64,000 nt of DNA from an uncultured Bacilli bacterium (lineage in GTDB: Bacteria > Bacillota_I > Bacilli_A > RF39 > UBA660): NCBI GenBank assembly GCA_947629265.1, contig CANRCZ010000002.1, forward strand, positions 6,567 to 70,566. The letters are read 5' to 3'. Position 1 is the stretch's first letter, and every line of letters begins with the position of its first letter. Both the position numbers and the translations under genes were made by a program. Below, one piece after another: positions 28,042-39,248 of this stretch. Below the pieces are notes generated by a model that did not search any database, was not told the DNA's origin, and saw only the letters and a program-made list of their open reading frames with translations.

Positions 28042-29784
28042 ATGTATGAACTAATTTTAGGAAGTATGTTGTTTATCCTAAGTTTAATAATAAAAAATAA
28101 AGTTATTGTTTTTATAACTTATTTTCTTTTAAGTTACAAACTATATATAAATTTAATTAAGAATTTTAAAGTCGATCATCAGTTATTGATCTTGCTCGCT
28201 ACCTTAACCTCTTTTATTATCGGTGAAGATATAACAGCCTTATTTATGCTTTTGCTGTACCAAATTGGTATGGTTTTATACGATTATCAAATTAATGATA
28301 TCGAAAGACAATATCAAAAGCGTTTAAATGTTAAAACAGTTCATCTAAAAAATAAAGATATCACTCCTAATAAAGTTAAAAAAGGGGATATTATAACTAT
28401 TAAAGATGGTGAGGTCGTACCATTAGATGGAACGATCGTAAAAGGTAGTGCAAGTATCGATATGAAATTAATCGGTTTAGATAAAGCGATCAAAGTTGAA
28501 ACTAATGACTATGTTTTATCAGGTTTAACCGTTATTGATGGTTCAATCGATATTAAAGTCGATAAAACGTTATCAGAAAGTACTAATAATAAAATATTAG
28601 AAATCGTTTTAAATTCTTTTAAAACCATAACTAAAAAAGAAAAATTAATAAGTAAACTAGTTAAAATAGCCACCTTTATCATTATCTTAATCGCTATGGT
28701 ATTAATTATCGTACCCCTTGTTTTAAATTTAGATGTTAAAATATGGGTAAATAGAGCGATAATCTGTTTAATCATTTTCTGTCCTATTTCTTTAGTAACA
28801 ACAGTTCATTTTGGTCATATTTATGGTATTAAAAGATTATATGAAAAAGGTATCTTAATAAATGGTAGTGATATATTAGAAAGTTTAACTAGTATTAAAA
28901 CCATCATCTTTAATAAAACGGGAATTATAACTAAAGGAATATATAAGCTTGAAAAAGTAATACCATATAAAATATCTACTGATGAACTATTAAGCTATGC
29001 CGCTTATGGGGAAGCTAACTCCAATCATCCAATCGCTTTAGCCATTAAAAATAAATATGGTAAAAAAATTGATACCAAATACATTAAAGATTATAAAGAA
29101 TTACCATCATTAGGAGTAAAGGCGAAAATCAATGGTGATAACTTAATTATCGGTAATAGCCAATTATTTGAAAAAGAAAAAATTGTCTATCCTAAAATAG
29201 AATTTACCTCATCCGCTATTTTAGTCGCTTTAAATAAGACGTATATCGGAACGATCGTCATCGGTGATAAAGTTAAAAACGAATGTTTAAATATCGCTAG
29301 TGAATTAAAAAAAATCAATCTAAAATCGGTTATGTTATCATCTGATGATGACGATATCGTTAAAAAAATTGGTAAAAAATTATCTTTCGATAGCGCTTAT
29401 GGTAGTTTATTAAAAAAGCAAAAACTTAATAAAATTGAAACCTTAAAAGAAGATGGTAACGTCATCTTTATCGGTGATGTTAATACTGATATAGAATATT
29501 TACAAGCTAGTGATATTGGGGTATCACTAAATACGATCGATAAATTATGTAATATTGTCATTATGAATGATGATCCAACTAAAATAATCGATGCTTACAA
29601 TATCGCTAAAATAACCAAAAAAAGGGTAAATGTCAGTATATATTTATCCCTAATTATCAAGATACTATCTCTTATATTAGGACTAATCGGTCTTATCCCA
29701 ATTTCCGTTATCGTTTTAATTAATCTAATTATAACGGTATTATCACTACTAATCTATAAATTACCTAATTTTAATAAGTACTAG
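28042..29784 (+). CDS. degenerate P-type ATPase homolog (catalytic Asp replaced: NKTGIIT)
   Basis: P-type ATPase architecture with a C-terminal TM pair. The DKTGT phosphorylation motif reads FNKTGIITKG, TGES is absent, and GDGxND reads GDVNTD. Confidence 0.45.
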   Translation: MYELILGSMLFILSLIIKNKVIVFITYFLLSYKLYINLIKNFKVDHQLLILLATLTSFIIGEDITALFMLLLYQIGMVLYDYQINDIERQYQKRLNVKTVHLKNKDITPNKVKKGDIITIKDGEVVPLDGTIVKGSASIDMKLIGLDKAIKVETNDYVLSGLTVIDGSIDIKVDKTLSESTNNKILEIVLNSFKTITKKEKLISKLVKIATFIIILIAMVLIIVPLVLNLDVKIWVNRAIICLIIFCPISLVTTVHFGHIYGIKRLYEKGILINGSDILESLTSIKTIIFNKTGIITKGIYKLEKVIPYKISTDELLSYAAYGEANSNHPIALAIKNKYGKKIDTKYIKDYKELPSLGVKAKINGDNLIIGNSQLFEKEKIVYPKIEFTSSAILVALNKTYIGTIVIGDKVKNECLNIASELKKINLKSVMLSSDDDDIVKKIGKKLSFDSAYGSLLKKQKLNKIETLKEDGNVIFIGDVNTDIEYLQASDIGVSLNTIDKLCNIVIMNDDPTKIIDAYNIAKITKKRVNVSIYLSLIIKILSLILGLIGLIPISVIVLINLIITVLSLLIYKLPNFNKY

Positions 29785-29847
29785 TATTACTAGTATTTTT
29801 AGTTGCAATTTAAGTGTTTTTATGTTATTATTTCTAAGGTGATTTAT

Positions 29848-31260
29848 ATGCATATACCTTCATTAAAAGAAGCTAAAGTAAGAAGCAAAAAATTAGTTAA
29901 TATAAGTGAATATATTTTAAACCAAAATTTAAAAGAACTAGGTTTAGGTAAAAAATACTATATAAGAACCTATGGTTGTCAGATGAACGAACACGATAGT
30001 GAAAATATCAAAGCTCTATTAGAAAGTATGAGTTTTAAAGAAACAGATGAGATGGAAAAAGCTGATATCGTCTTACTTAATACCTGTGCCATTAGAGAAA
30101 ACGCTCATAATAAAGTCTTTGGTTTTTTAGGACGTGTTAAACATTTAAAGGATGAAAATCCTAATCTTATAACTTGTATATGTGGTTGTATGGTTCAAGA
30201 AGAGTCTGTCGCTTTAGAAATAATGAACAAATATAAATGGGTAGATATTGTCTTTGGTACACATAATATCCATGAATTACCCGATATTTTAAATAGGTTA
30301 ATTAAGAAACAAGAAAGACAGATCGAGGTATATAGTATCGAGGGTGACATCGTCGAAAAAAATCCATATAAACGGGATAGTCAGTATAAAGCTTGGGTAA
30401 ATATCATGTACGGATGTGATAAGTTCTGTACCTATTGTATTGTGCCATATACTAGAGGTAAACAAAGGAGTAGAAAGAAAGAATATATTTTAAATGAAAT
30501 AAAAGAGCTGATGAAAGATGGTTATAAAGAGGTAACTTTATTAGGACAAAATGTCAATGCTTATGGTAAAGATCTATACGATGATTACGATATGTCTAAT
30601 CTATTAGAAGATACTGCCTTAACAGGTATCGAACGCGTTAGATTTGTCACTAGTCATCCATGGGATTTTAACGATAAAATGATTAGTATCATTAAAAAGT
30701 ACCCTAACATAATGCCATATATCCATCTACCATTACAATCAGGATCCGATCGTATCTTAAAACTTATGGGTAGAAGATATACAAAAGAAGAGTATTTAAA
30801 ACTATTTAATAAATTAAAAGAAGCTTTACCTTATTCATCGATTACAACCGATATTATCGTCGGTTTTCCTGGTGAAACAGAAAAAGATTTCAATGATACT
30901 TTAGACGTTGTCAATACTTGTAAATTTGATTCAGCCTTTACTTTTATCTTTTCACCTCGTGAGGGTACACCAGCTAGTAAGATGGAAGATAATGTTACAA
31001 AAGAAGAAAAAGAAGCTAGGTTAGAAACTTTAAATCAACTTGTCAATAAATATTCAAAACAAGCTAATATGAACTATTTGAATAAAGTTGTTCCTGTTTT
31101 AATCGAGGGATATTCTGATAAGGATGATAATAAATTAATGGGTTATACTGATACGATGAAACTTGTCAATGTTAAGGGTGATGAAAGCTCTATTGGTAAG
31201 ATTGTAAATGTTAAAATAACCGACGTCAAAACGTGGAGTATGGATGGAGAAATCATCTAA
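29848..31260 (+). CDS. miaB: tRNA-2-methylthio-N6-dimethylallyladenosine synthase
   Basis: N-terminal MTTase domain (YIRTYGCQMNEHDSE), radical-SAM CxxxCxxC (YGCDKFCTYC) and a C-terminal TRAM domain. The ATG at 29848 follows GGTGA. Confidence 0.8.
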   Translation: MHIPSLKEAKVRSKKLVNISEYILNQNLKELGLGKKYYIRTYGCQMNEHDSENIKALLESMSFKETDEMEKADIVLLNTCAIRENAHNKVFGFLGRVKHLKDENPNLITCICGCMVQEESVALEIMNKYKWVDIVFGTHNIHELPDILNRLIKKQERQIEVYSIEGDIVEKNPYKRDSQYKAWVNIMYGCDKFCTYCIVPYTRGKQRSRKKEYILNEIKELMKDGYKEVTLLGQNVNAYGKDLYDDYDMSNLLEDTALTGIERVRFVTSHPWDFNDKMISIIKKYPNIMPYIHLPLQSGSDRILKLMGRRYTKEEYLKLFNKLKEALPYSSITTDIIVGFPGETEKDFNDTLDVVNTCKFDSAFTFIFSPREGTPASKMEDNVTKEEKEARLETLNQLVNKYSKQANMNYLNKVVPVLIEGYSDKDDNKLMGYTDTMKLVNVKGDESSIGKIVNVKITDVKTWSMDGEII

Positions 31261-31312
31261 GTGACTTGTTTTTAAGACTAAATTTTGGTATAATTAGTAT
31301 CGAAAAGGTGAT

Positions 31313-31897
31313 ATGATGAAAATAACAAGTGTCGATATGACTATCAGTGCTGTAAGACGTAGTCAATATCCAACTGATAATAAACCAGAGTTTTTATTAG
31401 TCGGTAGATCTAATGTCGGTAAGAGCAGTTTTATAAATACATTAATAAATCGTAAAAATTATGCTAGAACGTCCGCTAATCCTGGTAAAACCCAAACGAT
31501 CAATTTTTATCTAGTCAACGATAAATTTTACTTAGTTGATGCTCCAGGATACGGGTTCGCTAATTTAAGTAAAGCTAAAAGAAAAAAATTCGGTCTAATG
31601 ATGGAAGACTATCTAACTAATCGTGAACAATTAAAACAAGTATTTATGTTAGTCGATTTCCGTCATCGACCAAGTGAAGACGATAAAATGATGTACGAGT
31701 TTTTAAAATATTACAAACTACCAGTTACGATTATCGCTACTAAGTCAGATAAAGTAAATATTACAAAACACCAAATTCAAAGAAATTTAATTTTAAACGA
31801 CTTAGAATTAGGTGTCGGTGATGACTTTGTTGTCTTCTCTAATGTAAATAAAGAGGGAAAATCCGAAATTCACGATAAGATTGAAAGAATTATTTAG
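31313..31897 (+). CDS. engB: ribosome biogenesis GTP-binding protein YsxC/EngB
   Basis: G1 GRSNVGKSS, G3 DAPGYG, G4 TKSD. Length 194 aa. Confidence 0.75.
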   Translation: MMKITSVDMTISAVRRSQYPTDNKPEFLLVGRSNVGKSSFINTLINRKNYARTSANPGKTQTINFYLVNDKFYLVDAPGYGFANLSKAKRKKFGLMMEDYLTNREQLKQVFMLVDFRHRPSEDDKMMYEFLKYYKLPVTIIATKSDKVNITKHQIQRNLILNDLELGVGDDFVVFSNVNKEGKSEIHDKIERII

Positions 31898-31939
31898 AGC
31901 ATAAATAATTTTTTTTCATACATTAAAATAGGTGATAGA

Positions 31940-32365
31940 ATGAAAATTATCTTTGATGATGACTATATTAAAATTTATGTTCCCAAAGAATATAAAAAAA
32001 TAGATAGTGATAACTTTGAAGATATTTTAAAAAGTATCCTTTTAAAGTATAAGAAATTATACGATATAAGCTTAAGTGGTTTCTATACGGTCAACGTATA
32101 TAGTGATAAAATATATGGATCGATAATCTATATGCATAAAGAAGATATCGATTATTACGATTATTACGATAATCAAATAGATATGAAGATAATCTATGAA
32201 GAAACCGAATTTTTATATCAGATCGATGATTATTTTTATTTTAATAACAAAGATTATTTAGATATATTATTCTTAGAGGGTAAAATGTATGGTAAAATAA
32301 ATAGAGAGATACCTGTATCAGAACTTGCAAAATTAATGGAAATGACCAACATAATTAAAATATAA
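31940..32365 (+). CDS. hypothetical protein
   Basis: 141-aa ORF lying between the engB and der genes. Confidence 0.3.
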   Translation: MKIIFDDDYIKIYVPKEYKKIDSDNFEDILKSILLKYKKLYDISLSGFYTVNVYSDKIYGSIIYMHKEDIDYYDYYDNQIDMKIIYEETEFLYQIDDYFYFNNKDYLDILFLEGKMYGKINREIPVSELAKLMEMTNIIKI

Positions 32366-32418
32366 CAATTGTAAAAAAATCTTTAATATGGTATATTATT
32401 ATAAGAAAAGGTGATTAA

Positions 32419-33735
32419 ATGAAAAAACCAACCGTAGCCTTAGTAGGTAGACCAAATGTCGGTAAGTCGACAATTTTTAATAAAATCATCGGTAAAAAGA
32501 TGGCTATTATCGAAGATACCCCTGGTGTTACTAGAGATCGATTATACGGTAGCGCTAAATATGGAGACTATAACTTTTACTTAATCGATACTGGTGGTAT
32601 TGAAAAAGGTAACAACGATTTCAATGAAGATATTAAATTACAAGCTATGATCGCTATTGAAGAAGCTGATAAAGTCGTTTTTGTTTTAGATGGTAAAGAG
32701 GGACTTACAAGCGATGACTTACTAGTTAGAGATCTACTTATAAAATCTGGTAAAGAGGTAATAGTGGCAATCAATAAGACCGATACTAGAGATTATAAAG
32801 ACCATATCTACGATTTTTATGAATTAGGATTTGATAATTATATCGAATTAAGTGCTGAACAGAATGTTGGAATTACATCCTTACTAGAAAAAATAACCGA
32901 AGATTTTAAAGAGGTTAAAGAAGATGAAAGTGATGCTATTAAATTTTCGATTATCGGTAGGCCCAATGTCGGTAAAAGTAGTTTAGTAAACGCTATTTTA
33001 AATGAAGATAGAGTCATCGTATCCGATATCGCTGGTACGACTAGAGATAGTGTCGATCTACCATTTACTTATCATAACCAAAGTTTTCTAGCGATCGATA
33101 CCGCTGGTATTAGAAAAAAAGGTAAAATAAGTGAGAAGATCGAAAAATATAGTTTACTACGTTCGATGCGAGCTATCGATCGATCTGACGTCTGTCTTTT
33201 AGTAATAAATGCTAGTGAGGGTATCGTCGAACATGATAAACATATAGCATCCTATGCTTTAGAAGCTGGTAAAAGTATTATTATCGTCGTTAACAAATGG
33301 GATTTAATCGAAGATAAAGATAAAGAGATGAAAAAGTTCACTGATTTAATTAGATCTGAATTCGCTTTTATTTCATATGCACCGATCGTCTTTTTATCAG
33401 CATTAACTAAAAAAAGAATTCATACACTTATGCCAGAGGTAATTAAGGTATATGAAAATAGCAAAAGAGAAATTAAAACGAGCCTAATCAACGACGTTAT
33501 TAAAGATGCTTACGAATTAAATTTACCACCATCATATAAAGGTAAAAGACTTAAAATATACTTTGTAAATCAATCAGGTACGATGCCGATTAAATTTGAT
33601 ATTCAAGTTAATAGCAAAGGATTAATCCATTTCTCTTATGAAAGATATTTAGAAAATAAAATCAGAGAGAATTTTGATTTTGAGGGTGTACCTATTATAT
33701 TAAATTTTAAAAATAAAGGTGAAAAAGAATTGTAA
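32419..33735 (+). CDS. der: ribosome-associated GTPase Der/EngA (double GTPase domain + KH-like C-terminus)
   Basis: Two G domains (GRPNVGKST ... DTGG ... NKTD and GRPNVGKSS ... DTAG ... NKWD) and a KH-like C-terminus. Confidence 0.85.
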   Translation: MKKPTVALVGRPNVGKSTIFNKIIGKKMAIIEDTPGVTRDRLYGSAKYGDYNFYLIDTGGIEKGNNDFNEDIKLQAMIAIEEADKVVFVLDGKEGLTSDDLLVRDLLIKSGKEVIVAINKTDTRDYKDHIYDFYELGFDNYIELSAEQNVGITSLLEKITEDFKEVKEDESDAIKFSIIGRPNVGKSSLVNAILNEDRVIVSDIAGTTRDSVDLPFTYHNQSFLAIDTAGIRKKGKISEKIEKYSLLRSMRAIDRSDVCLLVINASEGIVEHDKHIASYALEAGKSIIIVVNKWDLIEDKDKEMKKFTDLIRSEFAFISYAPIVFLSALTKKRIHTLMPEVIKVYENSKREIKTSLINDVIKDAYELNLPPSYKGKRLKIYFVNQSGTMPIKFDIQVNSKGLIHFSYERYLENKIRENFDFEGVPIILNFKNKGEKEL

Positions 33736-33745
33736 GGGTGATAAT

Positions 33746-34303
33746 ATGAATAAAGATAGTAAAGAGATTAAAAAATTTAATATAAATATTTTAGAATATG
33801 ATGATTATAAAAAAACAAAAGAAAAAAGTAAAAAATTAAAGATCAAAGTAATATATAAATTAACTGGTTTTAAATTTTTTATATGTGATGATAAAGATAA
33901 TCTATTATGTAAAGTTAAAAAGAAAATATTTGGTTTAAACGATAAATATATCATTTATAATCCTTACGATAGTGAAAAAGGTGATTTAACTTATCGTAGT
34001 GGTAGAGAAAATAAAGGTTACGATATATATTTATATAAAGGTAATAGTTTTTCTATCTTACAATCTAAATATAGTGATCATATCGATTATGAATTAGACA
34101 AGTTACCGATCTACTATAAAGGTGATGTCTTAGGTTCTAACTTTGAAATTATCAATAAAGAAACAAAAAAATTGATCGCTAAAGTAAGTTACTACTCACA
34201 TGGTAGTAAAGGTATGGAATATAATATCGAGTTTAAAGATACGACCTATAATTTAGAGATTTTGCTTGGTATTATATGTACAAAATTGATACAAGTTATA
34301 TAA
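33746..34303 (+). CDS. hypothetical protein (possibly LURP-one-related/DUF567 tubby-like)
   Basis: ATG at 33746 follows GGGTGA. Repeating beta-strand pattern. Family call is weak. Confidence 0.25.
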   Translation: MNKDSKEIKKFNINILEYDDYKKTKEKSKKLKIKVIYKLTGFKFFICDDKDNLLCKVKKKIFGLNDKYIIYNPYDSEKGDLTYRSGRENKGYDIYLYKGNSFSILQSKYSDHIDYELDKLPIYYKGDVLGSNFEIINKETKKLIAKVSYYSHGSKGMEYNIEFKDTTYNLEILLGIICTKLIQVI

Positions 34304-34390
34304 ATGTTAGAAAATTTCTAACTTTTTATATGTTAGATAATCATAGAAAAAATATCTTTTTTTTGATATACTAAATACAAGGGTGATATA

Positions 34391-36880
34391 ATGGAAGACG
34401 TATTAAATAAAGTTTACGACTATGCTTTAGAAGATATCATGGGTGATAGCTTCGGTGAATATGCTAAAAGTATCATTCAAGATCGAGCTTTACCCGATGT
34501 AAGAGATGGCTTAAAACCCGTTCAAAGAAGAATACTATATTCGATGTTTAATGGTGGTAATACTTTTGATAAACCACACCGTAAATCAGCTCGTGCTGTC
34601 GGTGATATCATGGGTAAATACCATCCACATGGCGACTCTAGTATCTATGAAGCGATGGTCCGTATGAGCCAGTGGTGGAAACAGACGACACCTTATATCG
34701 ATATGCACGGTAACAATGGTTCGATGGATGGCGATGGTGCAGCAGCTATGCGTTATACCGAAGCTCGTAACGAACTACTTAAAGATATTGATAAAAATAC
34801 TGTCGTTTGGACTAATAACTTTGATGATACCGAATTAGAACCAACGGTTTTACCTGCTAAATTTCCCAACCTTTTAGTTAATGGTGCTAATGGTATCAGT
34901 GCTGGTTATGCTACTAATATTCCTCCCCATAATCTAGGTGAGGTCATCGATGCAACCATCAAAAGGATCGATAGTCCTAACTGTACTTTGGATACGATTT
35001 TAAATATCGTTAAAGGTCCTGACTTTCCAACTGGTGGTATCGCTAGTGGTAAAAAAGGTATCATCGATGCTTATAAAACCGGACGTGGTAAGATCGTCGT
35101 TCGTTCTAAGTATGAGTTTGTTAAAACCAAAAATAAAGAACAAATTGTCATCAGTGAAATACCTTTTGACGTTAATAAAGGAGCTCTAGCTAAAAAGATA
35201 GGGGAGATTATCATCGATAAAAAAATCGATGGTATGACTGAGGTTCGTGATGAATCAGGTCGTGATAATCCTGTTAGGATCGTCATCGATTTAAAGAAAG
35301 ATGCTAATAAAGATTTAATCATCAATTATCTACTTAAAAATACCGAACTACAGATATCTTATAATTTTAATATGGTAGCGATCGTCAATCATAGACCGAT
35401 GGAGTTAGGTATCTTACCGATTTTAGATGCTTATATCGCTCATCAAAAAGAGGTCGTAACTAAAAGAACGCAGTACGATCTAAATTTCGCTAAAGCGAGA
35501 ATGCATATCGTCGAGGGTTTAATTAAAGCGTTATCGATTTTAGATGAGGTTATTAAAACGATACGAGCTAGTAAAAATAAAAGTGATGCTGTCGATAATT
35601 TAGTTAAAGAGTTCGCTTTTACTGAAAAACAAGCTGATGCGATTGTTAAGTTACAATTATATCGTTTAACTAATACTGATGTGACGGAGTTAGAAGCTGA
35701 GTTTAATAATTTAAAGATTATCATCGCTAGTTTAGAAGAGATATTAAACGATGAAAATAAACTTAAAAATGTTATGAAAGAAGAGCTTAAAAAGGTTAAA
35801 AAAGAGTATGCTCAACCAAGAAAGACTGTCATCGAAGATGAAATCGCTGAAATTAAAATCGACATGAAAGATATGATACCTAAAGAGGATGTCATCGTCG
35901 TTGTTACTAAGGAGGGATATGTAAAACGCGTATCTGTTCGTAGTTACGATAGTGATAATGATACTCAAGTTAAAGATGGTGATTATGTAATTGGTAAATA
36001 CAAGATGAATACTTTGGATACTTTAATCTTGTTTACTGATTTAGGTAATTATCTATATATACCAGTTTTTGAATTACCGGATTTAAAATGGAAAGAACTT
36101 GGTAAACATGTAAGTAATATTATTCCGATAAAAGCTAGTGAAAACATTATCGCTAGTATGCCAGTTTATGATTTTAATACTAAAGATTATATAACGGTCT
36201 TTACTAAAAATGGTATGGTTAAACGAACTTTAATCAGTGATTTAAAACTTGTAAGGTATTCAAAACCTGTAACGATCATTAAATTAAAAGATGATGATTT
36301 AGTTATCAATGTTGATTACCATAATGATGAGCGTATTTTTATCACAACTAACAATGGCTATGGTTTAACTTATTTGACAGAAGAGGTACCAATAACGGGA
36401 CCTAAGACAAGTGGTGTTAAGGCTATAAGTTTAAAAAATGATCATGTTGTAGGTGGTAGTGTCTATGGTAGTGATATGGAATATTTAACGGTTATTACTA
36501 ATAAAAATACCGCTAAAAGAATAAAATTAACTGAGTTTGAAATGACTAGCCGAGCTAGAAAAGGAATTCAAATTGTAAGGGATGTTAAAACTAATCCATA
36601 TCATATTTTAAAAACGTTTATTATCGGTTATAAGGAGATACTAGGTATTAAGACTAATTTAGAGATATTAAATATCAAATTAACGGAATTACCTATTGTC
36701 GATCGTTATTCATCAGGTACGTCCATTTGTAAAGATGATATTATCGATGCTTTTAATGTTGTAAATTTAGAAGAGAACACTGTAAAAAAACAGGTTGAAA
36801 AGGAAAATATTTCTTTAGAACAAGTAGATAGTAAGATCCTTACGATCGAAGACTTTTTAAACGATATTGAAAACAGTTAA
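34391..36880 (+). CDS. parC: type IIA topoisomerase subunit A, topoisomerase IV ParC-like
   Basis: Catalytic-Tyr region and the GKYHPHGDSSIYEAMVRMSQWWK / HGNNGSMDGDGAAAMRYTEAR motifs. No gyrB/parE partner is adjacent in the window. Confidence 0.55.
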   Translation: MEDVLNKVYDYALEDIMGDSFGEYAKSIIQDRALPDVRDGLKPVQRRILYSMFNGGNTFDKPHRKSARAVGDIMGKYHPHGDSSIYEAMVRMSQWWKQTTPYIDMHGNNGSMDGDGAAAMRYTEARNELLKDIDKNTVVWTNNFDDTELEPTVLPAKFPNLLVNGANGISAGYATNIPPHNLGEVIDATIKRIDSPNCTLDTILNIVKGPDFPTGGIASGKKGIIDAYKTGRGKIVVRSKYEFVKTKNKEQIVISEIPFDVNKGALAKKIGEIIIDKKIDGMTEVRDESGRDNPVRIVIDLKKDANKDLIINYLLKNTELQISYNFNMVAIVNHRPMELGILPILDAYIAHQKEVVTKRTQYDLNFAKARMHIVEGLIKALSILDEVIKTIRASKNKSDAVDNLVKEFAFTEKQADAIVKLQLYRLTNTDVTELEAEFNNLKIIIASLEEILNDENKLKNVMKEELKKVKKEYAQPRKTVIEDEIAEIKIDMKDMIPKEDVIVVVTKEGYVKRVSVRSYDSDNDTQVKDGDYVIGKYKMNTLDTLILFTDLGNYLYIPVFELPDLKWKELGKHVSNIIPIKASENIIASMPVYDFNTKDYITVFTKNGMVKRTLISDLKLVRYSKPVTIIKLKDDDLVINVDYHNDERIFITTNNGYGLTYLTEEVPITGPKTSGVKAISLKNDHVVGGSVYGSDMEYLTVITNKNTAKRIKLTEFEMTSRARKGIQIVRDVKTNPYHILKTFIIGYKEILGIKTNLEILNIKLTELPIVDRYSSGTSICKDDIIDAFNVVNLEENTVKKQVEKENISLEQVDSKILTIEDFLNDIENS

Positions 36881-36917
36881 AAATAATAGTAAAATATTGA
36901 TAGAGAGGAATGATTTT

Positions 36918-37130
36918 ATGTTAATAGATATACTGCAAATATTAGGTGGTTTTATCGTTGGAGCTATTGTTGGTTTCGTTGTGGCTAGAAAAGTTATTCA
37001 AAAATATATGAAACAAAATCCACCAATCAATGAACAGATGATTAGAGCGATGATGACTAGTATGGGAAGAACTCCTAGTCAAAAACAAGTTAATCAAACA
37101 TTGAAACAGATGCAAAAATATATGAACTAA
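36918..37130 (+). CDS. UPF0154 (YneF-like) small membrane protein
   Basis: One TM segment (ILGGFIVGAIVGFVVA) then a basic tail. ATG at 36918 follows GAGAGGAATGA. Confidence 0.4.
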   Translation: MLIDILQILGGFIVGAIVGFVVARKVIQKYMKQNPPINEQMIRAMMTSMGRTPSQKQVNQTLKQMQKYMN

Positions 37131-37240
37131 TAAGTTCATTTTTTTATGTTGATTGATAAAACGGTCGATAAACGGTCGATTGAACGATTAGGTATTTAAA
37201 ATAATAATTTTTGCAGTATAATAATATTAGAGGTGATACT

Positions 37241-38173
37241 ATGCTAGAAAATGAAACTTTAAAACAGATGATTATAAAAAATAGCAATCTTTCATATGAA
37301 ACATCAGTTTCAATCAATCAAAATTTAACTTTTAATTATATCAAAAGTGCTTTTAATGATATCAATATCGCTATTGACGATAGTAATATAAAAAATAATC
37401 TTCATTTAAAAAATGAACAAAACCAATATACCAATCTAGCATTACTTTTATCAGATCAAAATCCATTTACTATAAAAATCGCTACATATGAGTCTTTTGA
37501 TAAAAATAACTTTTTAGATCGAAAAGAATTTGGTGGTTCTTTATTAGAAATTTACGATAAAACATTAGATTATTTAAAATTGAATTCAGCAATGTATGGA
37601 TTAATAGATGATTCAATTAGAAAAGATATCGAAGAATATCCTGAATTTATCTTGCGTGAAATTATTTTAAATTCATTAATCCATAGAGATTATTCAGCAA
37701 TGACCTCTAATATTATAAATATTTATAAAAATGAGGGTATTGAATTTATAAGTTATGGTTCGTTATATGGTAACATAACTATTGATGATGTTTTAGCAGG
37801 TTTATCTACATCGAGAAATCCATATTTACAATCTATTTTTATGCGATTAAAAAGAGTAGAGGCTATAGGCAGTGGCCTTAGAAGAGCTAATGCATATTAT
37901 AAAAATAAGGATTTAAAATTTATTGTTGAAGCTTTACCATCCTCATTTATTGTTAAGCTTCCAAGGATAACTTTAGTAACTGAAAAAGAAAACGATGATA
38001 CTAAAATTATAATCGATTATTTAAGTAAGCATGGAGAAATAACTAGAAAAGTAGCTGAACAATTAACTAATAAAGAAAAAACATCAGCAACGTTCATTTT
38101 AAATAAAATGGTTGATGATAATATGATTTATAAAATTGGTAATGGTCCAAATACAAAATATATTTTAAAATAG
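37241..38173 (+). CDS. AlbA_2/HATPase_c_4-type putative ATP-dependent DNA-binding regulator
   Basis: The motif ILREIILNSLIHRDYS matches divergent-AAA/Schlafen-AlbA_2 transcriptional regulators. C-terminal wHTH-like segment. Confidence 0.4.
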   Translation: MLENETLKQMIIKNSNLSYETSVSINQNLTFNYIKSAFNDINIAIDDSNIKNNLHLKNEQNQYTNLALLLSDQNPFTIKIATYESFDKNNFLDRKEFGGSLLEIYDKTLDYLKLNSAMYGLIDDSIRKDIEEYPEFILREIILNSLIHRDYSAMTSNIINIYKNEGIEFISYGSLYGNITIDDVLAGLSTSRNPYLQSIFMRLKRVEAIGSGLRRANAYYKNKDLKFIVEALPSSFIVKLPRITLVTEKENDDTKIIIDYLSKHGEITRKVAEQLTNKEKTSATFILNKMVDDNMIYKIGNGPNTKYILK

Positions 38174-38290
38174 TTAGAAATACGATCATTTTTGAACCTA
38201 GTAATACTAGGTTTTTAATTTATATAAAATAATTATTTAAAAGTTGTTTTAATTAATAAAATTTTTTCCATAATAAAAATGGTGATAGAT

Positions 38291-39223
38291 ATGAAAATAA
38301 GATTAGGATATGTCTCAATCAGTAAGACAGTTGATTTAACACCATCGAGAAATGTTACTTATACTAATTATTTACAAAATCACGATTTGAATAAAATTGA
38401 TGAAATAATTAAATCAAATTTAGAAGCTTTAAGTAAATTACTTGATTATAATATAAAAAACAATATCCATTTTTATCGTTTAACATCCACTCTTATTCCT
38501 TTAGCTACTAAAGATGACGTTGTTTTTGATTATATAAAACCATATAAAAAATTATATGATAAGTGTGCCTTAAAGATTGAAAATAACAATATGCGAGTCG
38601 ATGTCCATCCTAGTGAATATGCTGTATTAAATAGTACTAAAAAAGAGGTAGTGACTAATACATTTGAAATTTTAAAGTACCATTATAATATTTTAGAAGC
38701 CTTAAAAATAAAAAATAAGGTTATTATTTTACATGTTGGTAGTAGTGTTCTTGGTAAACAAAATAGTATCAAAAGGTTTATCAATAATTTTAATAAGTTA
38801 GATGATAATATTAAAAAAACTATCGCTTTAGAAAATGATGATAAAATTTATAACGTTGATGACGTTTTAAATTTATGTAATACTTTATCTATTCCTTTTG
38901 TTTTGGATTATCATCATCATATATGTAATCATGAAAATATCGATATTGATTTTGACAAAGTATTTAGTACTTGGAAAGATATTAATCCTAAAGTTCATTT
39001 TTCTTCACCTAAAAATAAAACAAAAAAGGACTTTAGGAGTCATCATGATTATATTAATAGTGATGATTTTATCGCTTTTTTGAATTTAATTAAAGATTAT
39101 AATTATGATATTGATATTATGATTGAAGCTAAAGCTAAGGATGACGCATTATTTAGATTGGTTAGGGAATTAAAATATAAAACTGATTATAAGTTTATTG
39201 ATGAAACAACTTTTATCATTTGA
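38291..39223 (+). CDS. uvsE: UV DNA damage endonuclease UvdE/UvsE-like
   Basis: N-terminal MKIRLGYVSIS... matches the UvsE start (M.RLGYV). TIM-barrel-like length. ATG at 38291. Confidence 0.45.
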   Translation: MKIRLGYVSISKTVDLTPSRNVTYTNYLQNHDLNKIDEIIKSNLEALSKLLDYNIKNNIHFYRLTSTLIPLATKDDVVFDYIKPYKKLYDKCALKIENNNMRVDVHPSEYAVLNSTKKEVVTNTFEILKYHYNILEALKIKNKVIILHVGSSVLGKQNSIKRFINNFNKLDDNIKKTIALENDDKIYNVDDVLNLCNTLSIPFVLDYHHHICNHENIDIDFDKVFSTWKDINPKVHFSSPKNKTKKDFRSHHDYINSDDFIAFLNLIKDYNYDIDIMIEAKAKDDALFRLVRELKYKTDYKFIDETTFII

Positions 39224-39248
39224 AAAAACGTGTTAATAATACACGTTT

